From: a virus | Lineage: Duplodnaviria > Caudoviricetes | Strand: one strand, 5' to 3' | Length of the DNA stretch: 63,743 nucleotides | IMG/VR virus record: IMGVR_UViG_3300050014_000315 | Location: 1-63,743 of that record | Part shown: positions 27,893-35,397 of the stretch, piece by piece | Layout of the letters: each line of letters starts with the position of its first letter | Numbering within the stretch: the stretch's first letter is position 1 | Made by a program: the position numbers and the translations under genes | The notes under the pieces: model-generated | What the model saw: the letters and a program-made list of their open reading frames with translations, nothing else | Told to the model about the DNA's origin: nothing | Databases searched by the model: none

Positions 27893-28059
27893 CGCCTCCC
27901 ATCGCTGGCCTAGCGGACGTTGAATGGGAAGCGAAGCTTGACGCGGCGCGGGTTACCGCCGAATGGAAAACCTGTAATCCGCGCAACATCGATTGCGGCG
28001 CAATGCCGATAGATGAAAGCCCGCTGTTCGGCGGGGCAAAACAAGAGGAAATGTTCTGA
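27889..28059 (+). CDS. Small protein ending in clamp-motif-like QEEMF
   Basis: GTG with GGAGG RBS; stop overlaps AAA gene start. Confidence 0.5.
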   Translation: MTPPIAGLADVEWEAKLDAARVTAEWKTCNPRNIDCGAMPIDESPLFGGAKQEEMF

Positions 28060-28895
28060 TGAAACCATTGGTGGAAAAATACAGACCGACGCGCCTTGCG
28101 GAGTTCGCCGGGCTGAATGACATCCGGGCAATGTTCGGGCGGTTTGCCTCTGCGCCATATAGCTCGGCATGGCTGCTCACTGGGCAGGCGGGCACCGGGA
28201 AGACAACGCTAGCCTATGCAGTGGCGGAGTTGATCGGCGGGCAGGTGATCCACGTACCGAGCCGCTCATGTGATCTAGCGGCAGTGGACGGACTTCGCGC
28301 CACTTGCCATAGCTACCCGATGTTCGCTCGTTCGCCGTGGTACGTCGTGATCGTTGATGAGGCGGACCAGATGACGCGGGCCGCGCAAGTGGCATTCCTG
28401 AGTCTGTTGGATTCGACTGAGGCGCCGCCGAACACGGTTTTCATTTTCACCTGCAACGACGTGGCGGGGCTGGAGCCTCGATTCCTCAGCAGGACGCGGG
28501 TTATCGGATTTGACCTGGCTCCGGACGCAGCAGAGGCGGTATCGTTTCTGGATCGTGTCTGGAAGGTGGAAACCGCGGCGGCATTACCGGACATGGCGGC
28601 GCTGTTCACGGCGTGTGACTCGAACTTGCGCGATTGCCTGATGAAACTGGAGGTCCAAATTGCCATGCACCCGTCGCCCTCAATTCAGCCGGCGAAACCA
28701 TCCGGCACGTGGGTAAAAAGACTGGAAGGGCGGCCGGTCATCGTGGGTTGCGGCGTAGGTAAACCCCTGAGCCAGGGTAAACCCCTGATGGGGACTTTCC
28801 TGATGTACAAAAAACTGGGGAAGATGGAAACTGGAATTGCGGACGGGAAAGAGATCGGGGCGCGCGCCAGCCTAGCCCCTCTCCCCACCGAATAA
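28059..28895 (+). CDS. Clamp-loader-type AAA+ ATPase (RFC/DnaX-like)
   Basis: LVEKYRP, GQAGTGKT, VIVDEADQMT, FIFTCN, FLSR. Confidence 0.88.
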   Translation: MKPLVEKYRPTRLAEFAGLNDIRAMFGRFASAPYSSAWLLTGQAGTGKTTLAYAVAELIGGQVIHVPSRSCDLAAVDGLRATCHSYPMFARSPWYVVIVDEADQMTRAAQVAFLSLLDSTEAPPNTVFIFTCNDVAGLEPRFLSRTRVIGFDLAPDAAEAVSFLDRVWKVETAAALPDMAALFTACDSNLRDCLMKLEVQIAMHPSPSIQPAKPSGTWVKRLEGRPVIVGCGVGKPLSQGKPLMGTFLMYKKLGKMETGIADGKEIGARASLAPLPTE

Positions 28896-28916
28896 AGTCT
28901 TTTAGGAGAATTCAAA

Positions 28917-29327
28917 ATGACGAAACAACAGCAGTCTGAACGTGACGAATACATCACCAAACTTCGCGAGACGCTGAAACCGGGTGACACTCTGTACACG
29001 GTTCTGCGCTCGGTGTCCCGCACTGGCATGAGCCGGGTTATTGACGTGTTTTTCTTCTCCTCCGATGCCGATGGGAAGATCCAAAAACAATGGCTCTCCT
29101 ACTGGATTGCGAAAGCCGGCGACATGACGTTTCAGCGCGGCGATGTCGGAAAGCCAGAAGGTATCAAGATCAGCGGTTGCGGGATGGACATGGGATTCAG
29201 CATCGTATACCACCTAGGGCGCACGTTGTACCCGGATGGGTTCGCGGTTGCCGGGCGCGGGCGTAATGGCGATACGTCCGGCCACGACAACGATGGTGGA
29301 TACGCTTTCCGCCATGAATGGCTGTAG
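28917..29327 (+). CDS. Conserved phage hypothetical protein
   Basis: LRSVSRTGMSRVI...GCGMDMGFSIVY; RBS AGGAG. Confidence 0.75.
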   Translation: MTKQQQSERDEYITKLRETLKPGDTLYTVLRSVSRTGMSRVIDVFFFSSDADGKIQKQWLSYWIAKAGDMTFQRGDVGKPEGIKISGCGMDMGFSIVYHLGRTLYPDGFAVAGRGRNGDTSGHDNDGGYAFRHEWL

Positions 29328-29460
29328 CGAAATATCCCCTCATACTGTTGCTCTGCCAGACCGCGGCCATCTGGTAGCGCGCGCGGCTGAGGGGAGGCCG
29401 ACGCAAATCAAGGATTTTGGCAATAACAACGGTCACTGGCCGTATATAAGGAGTCACACA

Positions 29461-29719
29461 GTGACAAATACGACGATTACCCTCTCTATCCGCCGCGCGA
29501 TTCTCCGCTCGGCTAATCAGCCCCAGGCCAACATCGCTATCGAGGTTATCCCCGGTATCGCGCTCGCGCCGCGTAGGCGAGTCCTACTACTGGACCACAC
29601 CGAGCGGAAAAACCATCGTGGATCACCCCGCCGCCTACGGCTGGCCGACCTGGTACCACGCATCCACCAGGCGCGTGCATGTGGGAGAGCAGTGGATCGC
29701 GCAAGCCTGCTCCGCATAG
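29461..29719 (+). pseudogene. Frameshifted small gene upstream of hammerhead
   Basis: GTG with AAGGAG RBS in frame 1; protein-like VGESYYWTTPSGKTIVDHPAAYGWPTWYHASTRR...CSA* in frame 2, which has no own start. Confidence 0.5.
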
Positions 29720-29776
29720 CCCCTGATGAGTCCCTGGGCAGGGGACGAAACGCGGGTTGCTATCCCCGCGTCGGGC
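29706..29776 (+). ncRNA. Type I hammerhead ribozyme
   Basis: GCCC-CTGATGA-GTCCCT(GGGCA)GGGGAC-GAAA-CGCGGG(TTGCTATC)CCCGCG-TC^GGGC; full catalytic core and three stems. Confidence 0.92.
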
Positions 29777-29794
29777 AAAGCCCAAAGGAGCACC

Positions 29795-30961
29795 ATGCAA
29801 GCTACGATCACTTACCTGCTCACTGAGCAGGCGCAACGCGCGCAGATGGCGGCCACAGGCCAGCCGGTGGCGCGCAAACAGACCATGACCATTGAGGTGT
29901 CCGCCGAAGATCTGCCGCTGCTCGATGTCAGCCACGAGGGAGTGGCATATCTCGATCTCGCCACCGCACCCACCGATGTCCGCTCGATGCCGTGCATGGC
30001 GCGGGAATGGAGGCGCCAGATCCTCGGAGGGGACTATCTCTCCACCACTATGCCGGAGTTTGCCGATCCTCCCACGCCTGACTATCTCAGGCATGAGGAA
30101 GAAAACTACAGTGCGGCATACGCCCTGGCTGTGCAAAAAAATGATCTGTATATCGCCGGGCGTAAGCTGATCGGAGATGACAATATCCGCTCCGCTATAC
30201 AGGCCGCAGTTGGTACGCGGCGCGGTAACAGACTGTATGATGCGGCGTATCTGGGCGGCCTGCTGGGACCGTTGGCGAGGGCCTCGCGAGATATGCAGAT
30301 TGCCAAGGTGGAGGCCAAAATGGCGGAGATTGCGCGCGAGCAGTTCGGAGCGGTGAACAGATTCATGTCTGATCCGGACGCCCGAGTGAAGATCAGCTAC
30401 AAAGGAGCGGATGTGAATCTGCCGGGCGCGCCGGTGATCTCGGATCGGTTCGTGTGGTACGGCGAACTGTATGCCGAGGCCCAGCGCCGCGAGCAAGCCG
30501 ACGCCGACGCGAAAGATGCCAAGGACGCCGCCCTGACAGCCCAGAAGGCCGAGGCCATGGATGCATTTGTCGCCGCCTCCGGAGATGAGCTGCTCCAGCA
30601 GCAGTACGCCGATGGGCTGTGCGCGCGTTCGGTAATCGTGTCCATGATGGCATCCGCCGCACTGGATGCCGCCGGCCTGCCGGGTGCTTGCCCGGCGCCG
30701 ACGGCCTGCGACGACAGCGGCTGCCCGTGCGCGGACACCAAGGTTGACACCATCCCGCCGGCGGTATACGCGGCGTGGAAGGCGATTGGCCCGCTACCGG
30801 AGGGTAGCACCGCTGAGTTCCGAGAGGTTCGGAACTGCACCATGGATGACGATGACCAGTACGACGGCGACACAGAGACCGCCGAACCGACCGAGTACCA
30901 CGCGTTGATAACGGTCCCGTCTGGTCCGTTCCGGTTCGTTCGGCGGATCAAATTATCCTAG
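29795..30961 (+). CDS. Hypothetical early protein
   Basis: RBS AAAGGAG; MQATITYLLTEQAQRAQM. Confidence 0.75.
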   Translation: MQATITYLLTEQAQRAQMAATGQPVARKQTMTIEVSAEDLPLLDVSHEGVAYLDLATAPTDVRSMPCMAREWRRQILGGDYLSTTMPEFADPPTPDYLRHEEENYSAAYALAVQKNDLYIAGRKLIGDDNIRSAIQAAVGTRRGNRLYDAAYLGGLLGPLARASRDMQIAKVEAKMAEIAREQFGAVNRFMSDPDARVKISYKGADVNLPGAPVISDRFVWYGELYAEAQRREQADADAKDAKDAALTAQKAEAMDAFVAASGDELLQQQYADGLCARSVIVSMMASAALDAAGLPGACPAPTACDDSGCPCADTKVDTIPPAVYAAWKAIGPLPEGSTAEFREVRNCTMDDDDQYDGDTETAEPTEYHALITVPSGPFRFVRRIKLS

Positions 30962-31021
30962 TATCCCGGATTATCCGTGTTGCGCCGAGCGGAGAAAATT
31001 CGGCGTACAGGAGGTTCCGCG

Positions 31022-31366
31022 ATGAAATTTGAATTGATTGGCAACCCGAGAATCGAAGACAGTTACCAGTGGGAAACCACCATGGTCTGCAACGTGCGCC
31101 GCGATGACGGCGAGACTGGCGATGTGTGGATTGTGGCCGGCGTGCCAGAATACCTGCGCGAGAGTAGCGGGGCGGCTGGGACACAGCACGGATACCAGTA
31201 CGTATGGGTATTTGGCGACCCGCCGGACATGTGGTGCCCTGAGAGTCTGCGGCCCACGGCAGACTCGATGGAAAACCCCGTGGCACCCTACGATGAAATC
31301 GCAGAGGCCATCATAGTGGCCTGCAAGAATGCCGCTCTCGCCGCTCACCGGGCGCGGGTGGCGTGA
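31022..31366 (+). CDS. Hypothetical protein
   Basis: RBS AGGAGG. Confidence 0.65.
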   Translation: MKFELIGNPRIEDSYQWETTMVCNVRRDDGETGDVWIVAGVPEYLRESSGAAGTQHGYQYVWVFGDPPDMWCPESLRPTADSMENPVAPYDEIAEAIIVACKNAALAAHRARVA

Positions 31367-31611
31367 TGGACATCCAGTTCCTGCCGCGATCTGCCTCCAC
31401 CGTGCTCGATAAGCGCCGCCCAGTGGAGGCGGCGCTCCGCAAGCTCCAGCCAGGCCAAATAATCGTCATTACGAATCGCCATAATTGCATCTCGATTCGG
31501 GATGACCTACAAAGGGGCGGAATTGATGCTAGAGTGACCCCCGCGCCAGATAACGAATGGACGGTATTGGTGGAGCAATCTCAATACCGGGCATCTTATG
31601 ATCTGGTCTAG
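31363..31611 (+). CDS. Hypothetical protein
   Basis: Coupled overlap. Confidence 0.5.
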   Translation: MMDIQFLPRSASTVLDKRRPVEAALRKLQPGQIIVITNRHNCISIRDDLQRGGIDARVTPAPDNEWTVLVEQSQYRASYDLV

Positions 31612-31661
31612 GGAGACGAACACAGGATGGCCGGAATCGCGGGGATAGAGAGGCCGGAAGC

Positions 31662-32048
31662 ATGAGCGATAGAAATAATCCGATGGGCTGGGAAGACGAC
31701 ATTACCAATCGAGAGCCGAAGACGGAAACAGACCCGAACCGCGCATGGCCTAAGCAGTGGTTTCCCGCCGCGCTTGACCGGCTGCTGGCCGACGTGCAAG
31801 CGAGTCCCGCAACGACCGAGATTGACCGATACGCGCTGGCGAAGATGACGGAGAAGTACGCCGCATCGCAGCTCGTAATCCACGGCCTACGCTCGCAGAT
31901 CAACGGATTGCGGGCAGATCTCACAATCTCGGAGCGGACGTGCGCTGTGCTGAGGGCGCAAGTGGTGCAGATGTCCCGGCCCTGGTGGCGGAAGGCATGG
32001 GCGTGTCTGGCTGAGTTTGTGGCTGTGATTGGGCGGGCACGGGGATGA
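31662..32048 (+). CDS. Hypothetical coiled-coil protein
   Basis: C-terminal RPWWRKAW. Confidence 0.55.
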   Translation: MSDRNNPMGWEDDITNREPKTETDPNRAWPKQWFPAALDRLLADVQASPATTEIDRYALAKMTEKYAASQLVIHGLRSQINGLRADLTISERTCAVLRAQVVQMSRPWWRKAWACLAEFVAVIGRARG

Positions 32049-32341
32049 CCGAGTTCGAATTATTTCAGGCGCTTCGCCCGCTTTATCCCGCACGCGAGTA
32101 CGCGCTGCTTCCGCAGGTCGCCAATGGGACCGGGGCAGGGTCCAAGCGGCATTGTGACGCGCTGGCGTTGAGCCTGTGGCCTTCGCGCGGGCTTTATCTC
32201 ACGGGGTTCGAGATGAAATCGTATATTGTCGGGGCCATCAGCCGATGGACGCTGGATCATTGGCGCGCTTTTTCCGACCGGGAGATGGCCCGGCAGTCAC
32301 CGGAAACGATGAAGCGGAGGAAACGTGCGGAGTCCGATTGA
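32045..32341 (+). pseudogene. Truncated MmcB-like PD-(D/E)xK nuclease
   Basis: QVANGTGAG..RHCDALALSLWPSRGLYLTGFEMKS then family-like sequence stops abruptly. Confidence 0.55.
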
Positions 32342-32564
32342 GCAACTGGAGGACTTGACGGCCTACTTGGATGCGGCAACCAGGGCGGTCCAGGAACTCA
32401 AGCGTAGCCCGTTGCGGCGCTACGAAGGCGCGGACGTGTTGCTGTTGGACCCGGAGTTGCTGGCTGACGTGATCGAAGAAAACCTGTGCGCGTTGCAAGA
32501 ATCACTGCACGCGGTAACGGAGACGTTGAAACGTGGAACGCAGGAGGAAACCAATGCGAGTTGA
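32325..32564 (+). CDS. Hypothetical protein
   Basis: GTG with GGAGG RBS; helical. Confidence 0.55.
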   Translation: MRSPIEQLEDLTAYLDAATRAVQELKRSPLRRYEGADVLLLDPELLADVIEENLCALQESLHAVTETLKRGTQEETNAS

Positions 32565-33234
32565 AATGGACCTAAACGGAGAAATCTGGATCATGAGCGG
32601 GGACCAGCCGGTGGCACAGGTTTGCCCGGAACAATGGAGCGGCGTCGAGTGCTTCAGTGAAATTCAGGAGATGATCCATTTCCGCGAATCATGCGGAGGC
32701 GGTATCGCGGCGTGCATGCGGCTCAATGCCAGGCTGACCGAGCGCGTGGAAGAACTCAGGGAAGTGCTCGCCCCCTTTGCAAATCGATGCGCAGAGAAGG
32801 CGCAGGGCACCAAATACAGCGCGTTAACAGATAGCCAATGGAGGCGCGCGCTCGAAACGTATCAGGAGTGTCCGGGCGGCGATATGTGCGGTTGCCATCC
32901 ACGGAGCGACGCCATTGATGCCGCGATGAAAGGAGGTGATGCCCCATGCCCGTCTACGGTTTACCGTTCGCCGGGATGTAACGATGCCCCGGCGCCAACA
33001 GGGCAGTCCGGCGCCGGGGCATCCGAAGACTTGCGTATGCCCATTTTCACGCCGTCCCCCGCGCGCAATGGAACGGGGGATAAAACACTGAACGCGAAGA
33101 TCCGCACGGAGGATGGTGTTCAAAAGGTCCGATGCCCTGATTGCGGAGTAACTACTATCTTCGATGAGTGTGAAGTGGTTGCCAGCTTCATTTGCTGGAA
33201 ATGCAACAGCAATATCGAGGTGAAAAATGTCTGA
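32554..33234 (+). CDS. Hypothetical protein with C-terminal zinc ribbon
   Basis: RBS AGGAGG; CPDC...CWKC. Confidence 0.6.
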   Translation: MRVEMDLNGEIWIMSGDQPVAQVCPEQWSGVECFSEIQEMIHFRESCGGGIAACMRLNARLTERVEELREVLAPFANRCAEKAQGTKYSALTDSQWRRALETYQECPGGDMCGCHPRSDAIDAAMKGGDAPCPSTVYRSPGCNDAPAPTGQSGAGASEDLRMPIFTPSPARNGTGDKTLNAKIRTEDGVQKVRCPDCGVTTIFDECEVVASFICWKCNSNIEVKNV

Positions 33235-34453
33235 ACGAATAGTGTTTACCGTGACTTGCGAGCATCCGTACATCAAGCATAAAGCGGGTAAAATCGCCGC
33301 CGAGATCCAGGATCATATGCGGGCATATTGGTTTCGGGATGCGAAGGTGAGCATCGAGGATATCAAGAGCGCCAGCACCGGCCCAAGCGCGGAAGCCTCG
33401 GCTCGGGCAGAGTTCGGAGACCCGTCGCCGGCGCCGCATGACGACGCGAAGAAGACTATTCCCCCAGTCTGTTCCGCGACGTGTCCGATATGCGACGGAA
33501 AAGGCATCGTGGAGGATATTTCAGCGCCGAACCAGGCCGCGAACTATCCGGTAATCCCGGATAGTTGCCTGTGCCGGAAGGTCTACATTTCATCGTCCTG
33601 GAAAAACCGAGATCGCGTGCGCGAAGTTGCAATGTCCCTGCGAAAGCATGGGCACGAGGTCTATGATTTTACCGATCCATCCTGCCGCAAAACGCCAGAG
33701 ATCCCGCCAGAAAGATTCCCTGATCCGTTTGACCCAGAGCGTGGATCGTATGCGCAATATATTTCCAGCGTCCCGGAATGGCGGCATGCCGTGGAGTGCA
33801 ACCAAGAAGCAATCCGATGGTGTGATGCGGTAGTCCTACTGCTCCCATGCGGCGCAGACGCCCATGCGGATTGGGCCTACGCCATTGGGCTGGGGAAGCG
33901 CACCTGTGTGGTGGGTTCCCCGAAGATGGGGGAGCGCACACCGACGCATCTCTGGGCTGATGCTTTGCTTGACACGGATGATGGTATTCCGCAATGGGTA
34001 TCCCGCGTCTCCATCGCCGATCCCTGCCCACTGGAGGCCGAGAACGCCAAGCTGCGTGCCGACATCGAGGCCAGACAGCGGGGCACCGCCGAAGTTGTCA
34101 ACGAGGTCCACCGGATGAAAGCGGACCTGGATGCCATTGCCATCGCGCTCCCTGGCACGTTCTACGCCGGGCTTCCGCTGGCGCAGAGAGTCCAGCAGAT
34201 GAGTGCAGGGTGGTACAGGGCCGTGGCTGCCAACCATTACCTGGAGTCCGAAAACTCGACGCTCCGGGAAAAGTCTGACGTGCTCATCATGGAGCGCGAC
34301 AAGGCTAGCCACCGGGCAGAGAAGGCGGAGAAGGATTTGGCAAATGCGTTGGAGGTGCTGAACTCCGTCTCCACACACTATCCGCGGACTTGCGACTTAG
34401 ATCGCGCCGACGCGCTGCTACTGAAGCACAGGGAGGTCAAAAATGCCGAGTAA
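33227..34453 (+). CDS. Mosaic protein with nucleoside 2-deoxyribosyltransferase-like domain and coiled coil
   Basis: KVYISSSWKN...GHEVYDF...CDAVVLLLPCG...AIGLGK. Confidence 0.7.
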   Translation: MSERIVFTVTCEHPYIKHKAGKIAAEIQDHMRAYWFRDAKVSIEDIKSASTGPSAEASARAEFGDPSPAPHDDAKKTIPPVCSATCPICDGKGIVEDISAPNQAANYPVIPDSCLCRKVYISSSWKNRDRVREVAMSLRKHGHEVYDFTDPSCRKTPEIPPERFPDPFDPERGSYAQYISSVPEWRHAVECNQEAIRWCDAVVLLLPCGADAHADWAYAIGLGKRTCVVGSPKMGERTPTHLWADALLDTDDGIPQWVSRVSIADPCPLEAENAKLRADIEARQRGTAEVVNEVHRMKADLDAIAIALPGTFYAGLPLAQRVQQMSAGWYRAVAANHYLESENSTLREKSDVLIMERDKASHRAEKAEKDLANALEVLNSVSTHYPRTCDLDRADALLLKHREVKNAE

Positions 34454-34797
34454 AATGACGCGAGGGATGCGCGCCGCTGCCTACTGCCTGTTTCAGGTTG
34501 GGGAGAAGTGACGTGAAATGTTCTGAAATGACGCCTCGATATCGGTGTCTGGACGAACTCCAAAGGCTGCACCGAGAGATTCTGGAGTGTTTCCAATGCG
34601 CCCAGATACGGGAAAAGATCGGGAAGCTCTCCGCCATCATGCCGCCGGCGCCGTCCAGCGCCGTCTCGATTCGGATTCCCAACCGTCGCGCGGCTGTGGT
34701 GAAACTGTGCTGCTGCGTCTCTCCTGCCGGCTGGGAGTGATAGATTAAGCGTTCTCCGATCATTCAGATCCTTCCTTTCCGCCATCGGACATGCGAA

Positions 34798-34878
34798 TTA
34801 GTGCAACAGAATCAGCACTGCCAGCACGACGGCGGAAATGAATACGGCGACTCCGCACAGCATCAGGTCATTTGGCAT
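34798..34878 (-). CDS. 26-aa single-TM peptide
   Basis: MPNDLMLCGVAVFISAVVLAVLILLH*; overlaps the end of the RHH-like gene. Confidence 0.4.
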   Translation of the reverse strand: MPNDLMLCGVAVFISAVVLAVLILLH

Positions 34879-35113
34879 TTCCGCACCTCTGGCACACTGG
34901 AATCGCGCCGCTCTCACCCACAATCAGCTCCGCTTCGCACTTGAGACAGTGGACGACAATCTGTCTAGATAAATACTCGCGCATTGTTTTGGTGACCAGC
35001 GCGGAAAATGATAGGTGATCCGCAGCGGCGTGCGCCCTAGCCGTCCTGAGAACACTCCGGGTCATCGTGATCGACGTTTGCTGAACTGGATCTTTTCTTT
35101 TTGATCTCGCCAT
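34868..35113 (-). CDS. RHH/Arc-like regulator with zinc ribbon
   Basis: QTSITMTRSV...SFSALVTKTMREYL; CLKC...CQRC. Confidence 0.65.
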   Translation of the reverse strand: MARSKRKDPVQQTSITMTRSVLRTARAHAAADHLSFSALVTKTMREYLSRQIVVHCLKCEAELIVGESGAIPVCQRCGNAK

Positions 35114-35121
35114 GTGATAAT

Positions 35122-35150
35122 ATCCTATTCCTGCGTAGGGACGTTGTCAA
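35122..35150 (-). promoter_or_regulatory. sigma70-type near-leaderless promoter
   Basis: TTGACA-17-TAGGAT-8-ATG(35113). Confidence 0.7.
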
Positions 35151-35397
35151 CAGATATCTGAGATTTATTTTCGCCGGGTATCCTCATCGATTCCGCAATC
35201 TCTTCGGCACTACGCAACCGAGCGGGGTTCTCCAATTTCCGCGCCCGGATTGCACCCAGCGCGTCGATGGCACCGACCAGCTTGAGCGTTGCCCCTAGCG
35301 CGTGTGTGATGCCCAGATGATGTTCGAGATCCTTGATGGATTCGCGGCACGCCGCGCGCGCTCGGTTGATGCTCTCGATCTGTTCTTCAATCGTCAT
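35125..35397 (-). CDS. Hypothetical protein
   Basis: ATGA overlap with dnaB stop. Confidence 0.55.
   Translation of the reverse strand: MTIEEQIESINRARAACRESIKDLEHHLGITHALGATLKLVGAIDALGAIRARKLENPARLRSAEEIAESMRIPGENKSQISVDNVPTQE

Noticed and set aside
28056-28078. CTGATGA...GAAA as a second hammerhead
   Set aside because: Stop/start junction; stem II closing pair wrong and no stems I/III
29390-29412. GACGCAAA as a c-di-GMP-I riboswitch
   Set aside because: No upstream GCAAAC/GAAA stem or downstream P3
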